DNA of 64,000 bases from Bacillota bacterium (GCA_021793215.1 JAJYTE010000008.1:14876-78875), one strand, 5' to 3'; shown: positions 18,893 through 29,246, numbered from the stretch's first letter. Notes: generated by a model not told the origin, from the letters alone. Made by a program: numbers and translations.

Positions 18893-20086
18893 TCACTTCC
18901 GCGGCGCGGCCCCGGTTCCTGCTCCGCTGCGGCCACCGACGAGTGCCGCTGCGGCGGCGAGGGCAAGCATCGACGCGAGCGCCGCCCAGGTGAAGGGGAA
19001 GCCGCTCGTGGCGGCCAGAAGGCCGATCAGCGGCGGGAAGGCGATGGAGCCGGCGAAGATGGATGCGGCGATGAACCCGATCGCCCTTGCGGCGCGCTCC
19101 GGCGCGACGCGCTCGGCGGCCCACGTGAGAAGAACGGCGTTCCAGCCCATCGCTCCGGTTCCCGCGACGAAGTAGAGCGCGACGCGGAGCGGGTAGGGCG
19201 CGCCTGGACCAAGCCCCGGCGCGAGAAGTATCCCCAGGGCGCCGAGTCCCGACGAGATCGCGACGACGGCGGGGCGGCCCCCGAGACGGTCACTGAGCGC
19301 GCCGAAGACGATCCGACCGGTGACGCCGCCGATCTGCGAGATGGCGAGCAGCAGGCCGGCGCCCGCGAGGCCGACGAACTGCGACTGATCACCTACGGTA
19401 TAGGTCAGCAGACCGTACTGGCCCGCTGCCAACACGAAGCCAATGAGCGCCGGGAACGCGAGCAACGCGAGGTCTCCCCCGAGTTGCGAGGGAGCCGCGG
19501 CGCGCGCGGATCGCGGGGTAGCGGGCGTCTGCAGCGCGAAGGCGATGCCGAGCGCGCTCGCGATAAGAGAGAGGAAGAGCCATGGGGAGAAGGGACCGTG
19601 CAGTGCGACGTAGGCCGGGAGCGTGGCCGCGGCGAGCGCCGCCCCGAACGTCACGCCGGTCTGGCGGATGCCCATCGCCGTGCCGCGCCACGGCCCGCTG
19701 AAGCGGAAGAACACGGCACGCGATCCGGCGACGGGAACGGCACCGATCGAGAGTCCGACGAGCGCAAGCGCTACGAGGAGGATGCCGTAGCCGTGCGCGA
19801 AGGTGAGCGCTAGCGCAGCGACAGGTCCGAGACACGCGGACGCGATCAAGACGGGCCGCGGTCCGTAGCGGTCTGTCGCGCTGCCGCCGAGGAGCATGGC
19901 CGCCATGACGCCGAGCGACGTCGCACTCACGAGGGTGCCGGACTGCGCCAGACTGAGCGAGAGGTGTGAGCGAAAGGCGAAGCTCAGGACGGCGATGCCC
20001 TGCTGCGTAACGGAGACTCCGACCTGGGCGAGGGTTGCGAGCAGGAGGAACGGGACACCAAGGGCACTGATGCGGCGCGAGGCCAA
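18893..20086 (-). CDS. MFS transporter.
   Basis: 12-transmembrane-like hydrophobic profile with a conserved D-R-x-G-R-R-like loop (DRYGPRP). Candidate TTG start at 20086. The track ORF to 20761 is over-extended into the divergent region. Confidence 0.65.
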   Translation of the reverse strand: MASRRISALGVPFLLLATLAQVGVSVTQQGIAVLSFAFRSHLSLSLAQSGTLVSATSLGVMAAMLLGGSATDRYGPRPVLIASACLGPVAALALTFAHGYGILLVALALVGLSIGAVPVAGSRAVFFRFSGPWRGTAMGIRQTGVTFGAALAAATLPAYVALHGPFSPWLFLSLIASALGIAFALQTPATPRSARAAAPSQLGGDLALLAFPALIGFVLAAGQYGLLTYTVGDQSQFVGLAGAGLLLAISQIGGVTGRIVFGALSDRLGGRPAVVAISSGLGALGILLAPGLGPGAPYPLRVALYFVAGTGAMGWNAVLLTWAAERVAPERAARAIGFIAASIFAGSIAFPPLIGLLAATSGFPFTWAALASMLALAAAAALVGGRSGAGTGAAPRK

Positions 20087-20195
20087 AGGGCACCACCAAA
20101 TCAGGGGTTCCGTCCGTGCGCCCGATCTCCTGCCGCGCGGACGGGCCAGGAGATCGGGTGCGCTGCGCGAAGACCGCCCACTGGTAGAAGCGGAG

Positions 20196-21131
20196 GTGGG
20201 CGCGATCGGGAGCCAGACCATCACTGTCGTGCGGCCACTGGGGCAAAGGCAGAGCGCACCGCAGGCGCAGCCCGGCGCGCTCGAGGCGCTGCGCCGGCTG
20301 GTCGGGCTGCGCGAGGTCAAGGAGGCGATCGACGAGATCCTCGCGCTGCACCGCGTCGCGGCGCGACGCTCGGCGATCGGTCTGCGCGCAGAGCCGCAGA
20401 CCCTGCACATGGTGTTCAGAGGCAATCCTGGTACCGGCAAGACGACGGTGGCGCGCCACCTTGGAACGGTGCTGCGCGAGGCGGGCGTCCTCAGCCGCGG
20501 ACACCTCGTCGAGGCGGAACGGGCCGACCTCGTCGGGGAGTACATCGGCCACACCGCGCAGCGAACGCGTCGCCTCGTACAGCGAGCGCTTGGCGGTGTG
20601 CTGTTCATCGACGAGGCGTACGCCCTGGCGCGCGGTGGCGAGCGGGACTTCGGCCGCGAGGCGATCGATACGCTCGTGAAGGAGATCGAGGACCGCAGGG
20701 GCGACCTGCTGCTGGTCCTCGCGGGGTACCCGCGGGAGATGGACGCGTTCCTGGCCAGCAACCCCGGCCTCGTCTCGCGCCTGCCAATCGTGTTGAGCTT
20801 CCGGGACTACTGCGCGAAGGAACTGATGGAGATCACCGACTGCCTGCTGCGTGAGCGGGAGTACCAGCTCGACGACGCCGCGCGCGAGTTGCTCGACGCG
20901 GGCTACCGCGCGCTGGTGCGCGACGGCCAGACAGGCGAAGCGAACGCCCGGCTCGCCCGCAACGTCGTCGAGGCTGCGATCCGCCGCCACGCGCGCCGGA
21001 TCGACCGCAAGGCGGGGGCGACGCGCCAGGATCTCCTGCGCATCCAACGGGACGACCTGCCGCCGCTCCTCGGGTTGCCCGCAGGCCGGCCGCGGTTCTC
21101 GGAGGATTGGGGAGAGGCCGCGCCGCGGTGA
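20196..21131 (+). CDS. AAA+ ATPase of the CbbX/SpoVK family.
   Basis: Walker A GNPGTGKTT and Walker B LFIDEAY, with a CbbX/SpoVK-type N-terminal helix (LVGLREVKEAIDEI). The start is uncertain: GTG 20196 versus ATG 20070. Confidence 0.75.
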   Translation: MGAIGSQTITVVRPLGQRQSAPQAQPGALEALRRLVGLREVKEAIDEILALHRVAARRSAIGLRAEPQTLHMVFRGNPGTGKTTVARHLGTVLREAGVLSRGHLVEAERADLVGEYIGHTAQRTRRLVQRALGGVLFIDEAYALARGGERDFGREAIDTLVKEIEDRRGDLLLVLAGYPREMDAFLASNPGLVSRLPIVLSFRDYCAKELMEITDCLLREREYQLDDAARELLDAGYRALVRDGQTGEANARLARNVVEAAIRRHARRIDRKAGATRQDLLRIQRDDLPPLLGLPAGRPRFSEDWGEAAPR

Positions 21132-21230
21132 CGGGCCCTCGGCGAAGGATCGGCTGCTGCGGCGCGGCGAAGCCTACGCGGCAGGGAGCCGCGCTCCGCG
21201 CGCGGAATCTCGACGACGAGGGGGCGCCTT

Positions 21231-21815
21231 GTGGACCACTACTTCAGCGCGACGCCGAAGGCACCGTCCGAAGAGCGGGATGTCCTTCTCCAGGTCCTCG
21301 GAGAGGAGATCCGCTGCACGACGGACCGGGCGGTGTTCGCAAGCCGGGGCCTGGACGAGGGCACCCGCATTCTCCTGGAGTGCGTCGAGGTGCCGCACGC
21401 CGCACGCCTGCTGGACCTCGGCGCCGGATGGGGAGCGATCGCCGTCACGCTCGGCGTGCACTACGGCTGCGAGGTGCTCTGCGTTGAGCGCAACGAGCGG
21501 GCGGCCGGACTCTGCCAGCGCAACCTGGAGCGCAACAAGGTGCGCGGGCGCGTCCTCGTCGGCGACGGCTTTGCACCGGTCGCGGGCGAGCGGGTGGACC
21601 TGATCACGCTGAACCCGCCGATCCGCGCGGGCAAGTCCGTCTACTACCCGTGGCTAGAAGAGGCGAAGCAGTACCTTCGGCCCGGCGGCGCACTGTGGGT
21701 AGTGGTGCGAACAACCCAGGGTGCGAAGAGTCTGGAGCGCGAACTCTGGGCGCACTACGACACTGTGCGTGAGGTCGAGATCAAGCGGGGCTACCGCGTC
21801 TACAGCGCGAGGTGA
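21231..21815 (+). CDS. Class I SAM-dependent methyltransferase (small MTS domain, RsmC/RlmG-like).
   Basis: SAM-binding motif LDLGAGWGAI and an NPP (LNPPI) catalytic motif typical of N-methyltransferases of the RsmC/HemK type. Confidence 0.75.
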   Translation: MDHYFSATPKAPSEERDVLLQVLGEEIRCTTDRAVFASRGLDEGTRILLECVEVPHAARLLDLGAGWGAIAVTLGVHYGCEVLCVERNERAAGLCQRNLERNKVRGRVLVGDGFAPVAGERVDLITLNPPIRAGKSVYYPWLEEAKQYLRPGGALWVVVRTTQGAKSLERELWAHYDTVREVEIKRGYRVYSAR

Positions 21816-23419
21816 CGGGAGAACCACTCCGCCTCGAGCGCAAGGCGCGTCGTCTGCACCATGGGCGGCCACGCGTGCACTGGTCCGCTCTCGGAGAAGA
21901 CGTGCTGCGCGACGAGGTTGCCGTCCGCGACCCGGGCGGCGCGCTGCCTTCCCACGTCCGCACCGAGCAGCAGCAGAACGGCCGGCCGAGCCCCTCCGGG
22001 CGCCGCCCCGGCCAGTTGGGTCGGAAGCTCTTCGGGCGGATTCGTGAACGCGGCCGCGCGCGCTTCAGGCAGGAGCGGCCAGTCGAGCAACGCGTCGTCT
22101 CCTTCCGCGCAGACGCCGAAGCGTCGGCCGTCCAACTGCGGGAAGGCGCCGAGCGCGGCTGCGCGCGCGGCACCTAGCAGGCCCGGGGGCGCCGCGATCA
22201 CCGCGAGGCCGCCGGATGCCATGGTTTGGGCTTGGGCGGAGAAGCCGTGGCCGCAGCGCGAGGCGAGCAGCACGAACGGTGCGCTCTCCGCCGTCTCTGG
22301 CAGGTAGAGGTGCGCGAAGGCGCCGCCCTCCAGCGCGAGTGGATACGGCGCGAAGCGCTGCACGTCTGCGAGGCCGGGCTCCTCGTGGCGCGAACGCAGC
22401 AGGAGGTGTCCGGCAGTGTCGCGCAGTTCGAAGCGTGCCGGCCCCAGCTGCTCGGCGACCACGAGCGCCGTACGGCTTCCCTCGTCATCGATGGCGAAGC
22501 GCGAGACCGGCAGGCCCTGCGGCGAGCGGGGCCGGCGCGCCAGGCGCGGGCGCACCTCCGCCAGTTCGTACCTGCCGGGCGTACCTAGGAGCGCGTAGAC
22601 GGAGCTGCCGTCGATGCTGTAGACGGGGGCATGGCCCGCCGCCGGCGGCGGAGCGTCTCCCGGCCCTTCGGCGTAGGGCTCGGGCACACCGCCTTCAGCG
22701 CGTACCGTGTACAGCGAAGGGGCGCCCTGGCCGGGGGGGCGCGCCGCGAAGATGACGTGGGTGGCGTCTGGTGAGAATGCGGCGGGGCCGGGCTCGTACT
22801 CTGGCCCGACCAGAAGCTGAGCATCGCCGCCGTCGACGGAGACGATGGCAAGGCAGTTCCGCCCTGCTGGCTCGCGGGCGAGGAAGGCCACACGTCCCCC
22901 GTTCGGCGCGAACGCCGGACGTGAGCAGGCGAGGCCGTCGACCGAGAGCTGGCGCCAGGTGCCGTCCATCTGCAGGAGGATCAGGGCGTCGGTCGCGTCG
23001 GCGGGGCTGGGCTCGCTCGAATCTCCGGCGGCGAGGGGACGCGGACCGCTGGGGCCCGCGGGTACGATCGCTGCGATCGAGCGGCCGTCGAGTGACCACG
23101 AGAACTCCCGCACGCCGAAGGACAGGCGCGTGAAGGGCATCGCCTCTCCGCCTCGCCGGTCGAGGAGGTAGATCTGGGCGGCGGCGCCGTCGCCCCGGAG
23201 GAACGCGATATGGCGCCCGTCCGGCGAGTAGCGCGGGTTCGTGTCGCGTGGCCCGCGGGTCAGAGGGGCGGGTTCTCCTGACTGATCGAAGCCTCGCCAC
23301 AGAGCGGTCGCGCCGCTCGGCTCACGCACGGCGTAGGTGAACTCGTCGCCCGCGGGAGCGATCGCGGCGTCAACGACGGCGCGCAGGGAGAGCAGATCCA
23401 AAGGGCGAAACTGTCGCAC
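21800..23419 (-). CDS. S9 (prolyl oligopeptidase/acylaminoacyl-peptidase)-like protein: beta-propeller plus alpha/beta-hydrolase domain.
   Basis: An N-terminal propeller signature (YSPDGRHIAF) is followed by a C-terminal hydrolase-like region. The expected GxSxGG nucleophile position reads GVCAEG, so Ser is not evident there. Confidence 0.6.
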   Translation of the reverse strand: MRQFRPLDLLSLRAVVDAAIAPAGDEFTYAVREPSGATALWRGFDQSGEPAPLTRGPRDTNPRYSPDGRHIAFLRGDGAAAQIYLLDRRGGEAMPFTRLSFGVREFSWSLDGRSIAAIVPAGPSGPRPLAAGDSSEPSPADATDALILLQMDGTWRQLSVDGLACSRPAFAPNGGRVAFLAREPAGRNCLAIVSVDGGDAQLLVGPEYEPGPAAFSPDATHVIFAARPPGQGAPSLYTVRAEGGVPEPYAEGPGDAPPPAAGHAPVYSIDGSSVYALLGTPGRYELAEVRPRLARRPRSPQGLPVSRFAIDDEGSRTALVVAEQLGPARFELRDTAGHLLLRSRHEEPGLADVQRFAPYPLALEGGAFAHLYLPETAESAPFVLLASRCGHGFSAQAQTMASGGLAVIAAPPGLLGAARAAALGAFPQLDGRRFGVCAEGDDALLDWPLLPEARAAAFTNPPEELPTQLAGAAPGGARPAVLLLLGADVGRQRAARVADGNLVAQHVFSESGPVHAWPPMVQTTRLALEAEWFSRHLAL

Positions 23420-23533
23420 GATGGCAAAGCCCCCCCATGGTGTCGTACTCGTTCTTCGCGACCGACGTTGGACATCCTTCGGGTGCAGGGATGAGAGTGG
23501 CGGAAGATCTGAGGCAAGGAAGGGATCGGCTGG

Positions 23534-24748
23534 TTGGAGCGTGCACTACTCATCTACGCAGGACCGCTGCGCGGCGGCGACCTCGACTTCTACGTCGACG
23601 AGCTTCGGGGGCTCGCGGACGCGGCTGGCGCGGAGGTGGCGGGCGAGGTCGTGCAGTCCACCCAGGAACCGGACCCGCGTAGCTACCTCGGCCGCGGCAA
23701 GGCGGAGGAGGCCCGACAGGACGCGGACGAGTTCGGTGCGACGCTCGCAATCGCCGCGCATCCGCTTGGGGCGTCGCAGCAGCGACACCTCGAGGAGGCG
23801 CTCGGGCGTCCCGTCGTCGATCGTACGGCGCTCATCCTAGACATCTTCGCGCAACGCGCGCAGAGCAGCGAGGGCAAGCTGCAGGTAGAACTGGCACAGC
23901 TCGCCTACTGGCTGCCGCGTTTGCGCCGCAGCGCCGGTTCGCTCTCACGCCTGGGCGGTGGGATCGGGACGCGCGGACCCGGTGAATCGAAGATCGAGAC
24001 CGACCGCCGCCACATCCGGGCGCGCATGGCCGAGATCCGCGCGCGCCTCGCGCGCGTCGAGCGCCAGAGATCTGTTTCGCGCGCCCAGCGCGGCAGTCTC
24101 GCGCGCATCGCGCTCGTCGGCTACACGAACGCCGGCAAGAGCACCCTGCTGCACGCGTTGACGGCGTCCGGCGGCGGGGAGGATCGGCTGTTCGCGACGC
24201 TCGACCCGACGACGCGCCGCCTCGAACTCGGCGGTCACCAGGAGATCCTGCTGACCGACACCGTCGGGTTCGTACAGAATCTGCCCACGGAGCTGGTCGC
24301 AGCGTTCCGCGCGACGCTTGAGGAGACGAGGCAGGCGGATCTTCTCCTGCACGTCATCGACGCATCCCATCCCCGATGGTCGGATCAGGAGCGCGCGGTA
24401 CTGGACACGCTGGAAGAGATCGGTGCTGTGAGCCAGCCGACGCTGACGGTGTACAACAAGGTGGACCTTTTGCTACCGGCCGCCAGGGCGCAGTTGCCGG
24501 GAGTCGCGGTCGCGGCGCGTACGGGGGAGGGAATCGAGGATCTGCGCGATCAGATCGCCAAGGCGCTCGCGGCGCGGCGGACGCGCCGAACGTTCCGCGT
24601 GCCGCACCAGCGGGGCGACGTGCTCGCGCTGATCGCCGCGCACGGTGAGGTGCTTTCCAGGCGTTCGGATGGGGAGGGAACGACCGTCGACGTCGAGATC
24701 GAGGCGGACTGGGCCGGCCGGATCGCAGCCCTTCTGGCGCGTGGATAG
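23534..24748 (+). CDS. hflX: GTPase HflX.
   Basis: N-terminal HflX domain, then G1 GYTNAGKST, G3 DTVGF and G4 NKVD. 404 aa. TTG start. Confidence 0.9.
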   Translation: MERALLIYAGPLRGGDLDFYVDELRGLADAAGAEVAGEVVQSTQEPDPRSYLGRGKAEEARQDADEFGATLAIAAHPLGASQQRHLEEALGRPVVDRTALILDIFAQRAQSSEGKLQVELAQLAYWLPRLRRSAGSLSRLGGGIGTRGPGESKIETDRRHIRARMAEIRARLARVERQRSVSRAQRGSLARIALVGYTNAGKSTLLHALTASGGGEDRLFATLDPTTRRLELGGHQEILLTDTVGFVQNLPTELVAAFRATLEETRQADLLLHVIDASHPRWSDQERAVLDTLEEIGAVSQPTLTVYNKVDLLLPAARAQLPGVAVAARTGEGIEDLRDQIAKALAARRTRRTFRVPHQRGDVLALIAAHGEVLSRRSDGEGTTVDVEIEADWAGRIAALLARG

Positions 24749-25946
24749 GTATGAGGCGGCTCGCAGGGCCGCGGATGACGTTCTCGCCGAAAGCCGCGCA
24801 CAACATTTCGCGCTTGCGCGCGCAAACGCGCGACGTGTACTGGACGCCTTCCGCAGCGCGCGCGTTGCGGAGTACGACTTCGCGCCGTCGGTGGGCTACG
24901 GCTACGGCGACCGCGGCCGCGAGACACTGAACGCGGTGTTCGCGGCGGCGTTCGGTTGCGAAGCTGCGCTCGTCCGCCCGCAGATCGCCTCGGGGACCCA
25001 CGCCATCGCGCTGGCGCTTTGGGGCGTGCTCCGACCGGGGGGTGAACTCCTCGTGGCGACGGGCACGCCGTACGACACGCTGCAGTCGGTGCTGGGACTG
25101 CGCGACACGCCGCGCTCGCTGCGGGAGTGGGGCATCGAGACGCGCGTCATCGACATGGCGGAGGGACTGGATCCCCTGCGCCTCGCATCGGCGCTCCGGC
25201 CAGGGACGCAGGCCGTCCTGTTCCAGCGCTCGCGCGGCTATGCGGCGAGGGACTCGCTGCGACCCGAGGCGCTCACCCCGGCGCTTCATGCGCTGCGCGC
25301 GCGCGGCGTCGTCTCGGTCGTCGACAACTGCTACGGCGAGTTCGTCGCCGACCGCGAGCCCGAGGCGGACCTTTTGGTCGGGTCGCTGACGAAGAACCCT
25401 GGCGGCGGCATCGCCCCGAGCGGCGGGTACGTCGCCGGACGGCGCGAGTTGGTCGAGGCGGTGGCAGACCGCCTGACGGCGCCGGGTCTCGGCGCGGACG
25501 TCGGCAGCTTCCCCGCGGGCAAGCGCTCCCTCTTCCAAGGGCTCTTCCTGGCTCCGCACGCGGTGGCCGAAGCGCTCTGCGCGGCCGACTACGCCGCGGC
25601 GTTCGCGCACTCGCTGGGCCTCGGGGTAGACCCGATGCCGCTCGCGGCGCGGGGCGACATCGTGCAGGTCATCCGCTTCGGAGGGCGGGAGCCGCTACTC
25701 CGCTTCGCGCAGGCCCTGCAAGCGCACTCGCCAGTGGAGAGCGACGCGCGCGTCGAGGAGGCGCAACTGCCGGGATACCCCGATCCGGTCGTGATGGCCG
25801 GCGGCACATTCTTCCCCGGCGCGTCGCTGGAGCTCGGGATGGACGCTCCGCTCAGGCCACCCTACGACGGCTACCTGCAGGGCGGCATCGCGAGCCCCTA
25901 CGCCGTCGAGATCCTGCAGCGCGCGTTCGTGACGGCCGAGCTGTGA
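24741..25946 (+). CDS. PLP-dependent methionine gamma-lyase-family protein (aluminium-resistance-protein/YnbB-like).
   Basis: SVGYGYGDRGRE...LVRPQIASGTHAI is the family signature. It lies immediately downstream of hflX as in Bacillus (ynbA-ynbB). Candidate GTG start at 24741, overlapping hflX by 8 nt. Confidence 0.8.
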   Translation: MDRYEAARRAADDVLAESRAQHFALARANARRVLDAFRSARVAEYDFAPSVGYGYGDRGRETLNAVFAAAFGCEAALVRPQIASGTHAIALALWGVLRPGGELLVATGTPYDTLQSVLGLRDTPRSLREWGIETRVIDMAEGLDPLRLASALRPGTQAVLFQRSRGYAARDSLRPEALTPALHALRARGVVSVVDNCYGEFVADREPEADLLVGSLTKNPGGGIAPSGGYVAGRRELVEAVADRLTAPGLGADVGSFPAGKRSLFQGLFLAPHAVAEALCAADYAAAFAHSLGLGVDPMPLAARGDIVQVIRFGGREPLLRFAQALQAHSPVESDARVEEAQLPGYPDPVVMAGGTFFPGASLELGMDAPLRPPYDGYLQGGIASPYAVEILQRAFVTAEL

Positions 25947-25983
25947 GATGGCGGGCGCTCGCGGCGCATAGGCGTGAGCCGAG

Positions 25984-26448
25984 GTGGGAGCCATGGCGTT
26001 TCTGCTTGCGACAGCTGTCGCGTTCGGTTGGCTTTTGGTACTGGCCGGTGTGCGCCACGGCCACTGGGTGATGGGAGCGGGGCTCCTGCTCGCACGGCTG
26101 ACCGGCGGCATCAGCACGCGACTGTTCATCGAGGTCGGGCTTCTACTGCTGGTGGCCGTTGGATTCGACAGCATCCTTGCCTCGGCGCTGCAGCGCAGCG
26201 GGTTCGCGAAGGGCCTGCCGCGCTGGCTGCCGCTGGCCGGCGGTGCAGTGGGCGGTGCGATCGGCCTGATGGCGGCGGGCAACCAGACGGGAACGCTCTA
26301 CGGCGCCTTCTTGGGGGCGCTGCTTGCGGGATGGGTGCGCGGTGCAGGCGAAATCCGGAACCTGAGTCCGCTCTTCTGGGTCTCGGAGTTCGTGCGCGTT
26401 CTGAGCCTGTTCGTCTCCGCCGTCTGGCTGATCTTCCGCCTCTCCTGA
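25984..26448 (+). CDS. Hypothetical small membrane protein (~4 transmembrane segments).
   Basis: 154-aa hydrophobic ORF in an otherwise gene-free gap. No recognisable family. Confidence 0.45.
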   Translation: MGAMAFLLATAVAFGWLLVLAGVRHGHWVMGAGLLLARLTGGISTRLFIEVGLLLLVAVGFDSILASALQRSGFAKGLPRWLPLAGGAVGGAIGLMAAGNQTGTLYGAFLGALLAGWVRGAGEIRNLSPLFWVSEFVRVLSLFVSAVWLIFRLS

Positions 26449-26515
26449 ACGCGAGGGCGCGCTGCGGCAGGAGGCGCGCAGCCGCCCCGTCGAACTCAGG
26501 GCGAGAGGTGATCCC

Positions 26516-27046
26516 ATGGAGGTCGTCGTGCGTCCTGTGCGCGAGGAGGATGCGGCAGCGCTCCACGCCATCCAGCTCCAGGCCGGTGTTCTGCCGTACA
26601 TCCTTCAGCTGCCGAGCGTTCGCCTCGCCCAAGCGCAACGCTACCTTGCTGACCTCGGTCCGGACATGCACTACTTCGTCGCCGAGGTGGAAGGCACGAC
26701 GGTCGGATACGCCGGTCTGCGCTGCGCGCAGGGGCGGCTCCGCCACAGCGGCAACCTGTTCGTCGCCGTCGACCCCGGGAGCCACGGCCAGGGCGTTGGC
26801 ACCGCGCTGCTGCGGGCGATCATCGACCTCGCGGACAACTGGCTGATGCTCGAGCGGCTGGAACTGACCGTGCTGGGCACCAACCCTCGCGCCCAGGCGC
26901 TCTACGAACGCATGGGATTCGTGGCCGAAGGCAGGAAGCGCGGCTCGGTGATCAGTGCCGGTCGCTACGTCGACGAGATCGCGATGGCCCGCCTCCGCCC
27001 CGGGGGCCTTCTCGCGCAAGCGCAGCAGGCGGACGTGCCCTCGTAG
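26516..27046 (+). CDS. GNAT-family N-acetyltransferase.
   Basis: Acetyl-CoA binding motif VDPGSHGQGVGTALL (Q/RxxGxG/A). Confidence 0.75.
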   Translation: MEVVVRPVREEDAAALHAIQLQAGVLPYILQLPSVRLAQAQRYLADLGPDMHYFVAEVEGTTVGYAGLRCAQGRLRHSGNLFVAVDPGSHGQGVGTALLRAIIDLADNWLMLERLELTVLGTNPRAQALYERMGFVAEGRKRGSVISAGRYVDEIAMARLRPGGLLAQAQQADVPS

Positions 27047-27086
27047 GCGACGGCATGGTAGATTGAAGACGAAGGGCGGCGACGGC

Positions 27087-28409
27087 TTGTCGGAAGACCC
27101 GCGCGCGGGCGTCCTGCGCCTCGCGGAGGAGCAGCAGGTGGAGATCGTCCACCTGCAGTTCACGGACATCCTGGGCACGATGAAGAGCGTCAGCATCCCG
27201 CGGCGCGAACTCGCGCGGGCGCTTGCGCGCGGGATCATGTTCGACGGTTCCTCGATCGAGGGGTTCGTGCGCATCGAGGAGTCGGACATGTTCCTGCGAC
27301 CGGATCCCGCGACGTACCTTCGCTACCCATGGCAGCCCGCGGCCGCGCGCCTGCTCTGCGACATCGTCCGACCCGATGGGAGTCCGTTCGCGGGTTGTCC
27401 GCGCACGGCCTTGCGGCGGGCGGTTGACGCGGCCGCCGCGGAGGGCTTTCAGTTCGCGGTTGGCGCGGAGCCGGAGTTCTTCCTGTTCCCGCGCGGCGCT
27501 GACGGCAGGGCGCAGCTCCAGACCTCCGACCAGGCCGGCTACTTCGACCTCTCTCCCGCCGACGTCGGGGAGCGGGCGCGCGCGGACATCGTCCAACAGC
27601 TGTCGGAGATGGGCGTCGCGGTGGAGGCGGCACATCATGAGGTGGCTCCCGGTCAGCACGAGATCGATCTGCGCTACCTGCCGGCCCTGGAGATGGCGGA
27701 CCTTCTGGCCACCTTCCGCATCGTGACCCGCGCGATCGCAGAGCGCCACGGGCTGCACGCGACCTTCATGCCGAAGCCGATCTACGGCCAGAACGGCTCG
27801 GGCCTGCACGTGCACCAGTCGCTGTGGCGCGATGGAGAGAACGCGTTTTGGGACCCGAACGCACCGGACGGACTCTCGGCGACGGCGCGCCAGTTCATCG
27901 CCGGCGTGATGGCGCACGCGCGCGCGATCACCCTCGTGGCGAATCCGCTCGTGAACTCCTACAAGCGGCTCAAGCCTGGCTACGAGGCGCCGGTGCACAT
28001 CGCCTGGTCGGTGCACAACCGCTCTCCGTTGATCCGCGTTCCGGAGGAGAAGGGCGAGCATACCCGGATCGAGCTGCGCTCGCCGGATCCGTCCTGCAAC
28101 CCCTACCTCCTGCTCGCCGCGACGTTGACCGCCGGGCTCGACGGGGTGCGGCGCCGCCTTGAGCCGCCGCCGCCCGTGCCGCGCGACATGTACCACCTGA
28201 CGCGCGAGGAGCGGCAGGAGCTCGGCGTCGAAGAACTGCCGCGTACGCTCGGTGGAGCGGTACGCGCGCTGCGGCAGGATGAGCTGGTGCGTTCGGCGCT
28301 AGGCGAGCACATCGCGCGCCAACTGGTCGAGGCCAAGCAGATCGAGTGGGAGATCTACGAATCGCAGGTGCACGGCTGGGAGATCGAGCAGTACCTCATG
28401 TCGTACTAG
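27087..28409 (+). CDS. glnA: Glutamine synthetase type I.
   Basis: Beta-grasp and catalytic-domain motifs (FDGSSIEG, ...HVHQSLW..., NPYL). 440 aa from TTG 27087. The track start at 26955 overlaps the GNAT gene and is over-extended. Confidence 0.9.
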   Translation: MSEDPRAGVLRLAEEQQVEIVHLQFTDILGTMKSVSIPRRELARALARGIMFDGSSIEGFVRIEESDMFLRPDPATYLRYPWQPAAARLLCDIVRPDGSPFAGCPRTALRRAVDAAAAEGFQFAVGAEPEFFLFPRGADGRAQLQTSDQAGYFDLSPADVGERARADIVQQLSEMGVAVEAAHHEVAPGQHEIDLRYLPALEMADLLATFRIVTRAIAERHGLHATFMPKPIYGQNGSGLHVHQSLWRDGENAFWDPNAPDGLSATARQFIAGVMAHARAITLVANPLVNSYKRLKPGYEAPVHIAWSVHNRSPLIRVPEEKGEHTRIELRSPDPSCNPYLLLAATLTAGLDGVRRRLEPPPPVPRDMYHLTREERQELGVEELPRTLGGAVRALRQDELVRSALGEHIARQLVEAKQIEWEIYESQVHGWEIEQYLMSY

Positions 28410-28537
28410 CGCGCAGCGCGCCGCGTTCCGGCCGCTTCGCGGGACTGGCGTGCCGGTTACCGTTGACTCCCTGCAGGTGCATGGGGACATGGCACAGGAC
28501 AGATACCAGCCGCCCGAGGACATCAAGTTTCTGTAGG

Positions 28538-28572
28538 GGGCCGCCGGAGCCCCTATTGGGGTCCGGCGGCGT
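28538..28572. terminator. Rho-independent terminator-like GC hairpin between the convergent glnA and lexA genes.
   Basis: GCCGCCGGAGCCCC-TATT-GGGGTCCGGCGGC imperfect inverted repeat with one bulge. Confidence 0.5.
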
Positions 28573-28622
28573 TGCGCATGTATCCTACCGCTCGCGCCGA
28601 AGGATCCTCCTGCGCGGGACTA

Positions 28623-29246
28623 CTAGTGCTGGGGACTCGCGCTCGCGCCGTAGAGGCGCAGCAGGCCGACGACGCGGCCGACGATGCCGAGCTCGGGCGG
28701 CCGCAGGTCGGCGAACGCCGGGTTTGCGGCACGGAGGATCCAGGCCTGTCCATCACGCTCGAGCGTCTTGACCGTCGCCTCGCCTTCGATCAACGCCACG
28801 ACGAGCGCCCCGCGTTCCGCGGAGGTCTGCTGGCGCACGATGACGAGGTCGCCGTCGTGGATGCCACGGCCGATCATCGAGTCGCCGCGCACCCGCAGCA
28901 GGAAGTGCACACCTGGCCCGACGAGTTCCCGCGGCAATGCGATCTCGCCCTCACGCATCTCCTCGGCGAGGATGGGCTGGCCAGCGGCCACCTTGCCCAA
29001 CAGCGGAAGCCGGACGAGCTGCGGGCGCTCCCCGACCAGTTCGATCGTCCGGCTCTTCGCACCGTCGCGGCGGATCACATTGGCTTGCTCGAGTCGCAGC
29101 AGGTAGGAATGCACGGTGGATGTCGACTTCAGTCCGGCTGCCTGACAGATCTCGCGGATGGATGGGGGATACCCGCGCTCCTCCGTGCTTTTGCGGATGA
29201 ACTCGAGGATCCGCTGTTCCCGGTCGTGCGACCGTGCGCGCGGCAT
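28623..29246 (-). CDS. lexA: LexA repressor.
   Basis: N-terminal winged HTH. The Ala-Gly cleavage site (VAAGQP) and the S24 peptidase Ser/Lys are in a conserved context (GDSM...VKTL). 207 aa from MPRARSHD. Confidence 0.9.
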   Translation of the reverse strand: MPRARSHDREQRILEFIRKSTEERGYPPSIREICQAAGLKSTSTVHSYLLRLEQANVIRRDGAKSRTIELVGERPQLVRLPLLGKVAAGQPILAEEMREGEIALPRELVGPGVHFLLRVRGDSMIGRGIHDGDLVIVRQQTSAERGALVVALIEGEATVKTLERDGQAWILRAANPAFADLRPPELGIVGRVVGLLRLYGASASPQH

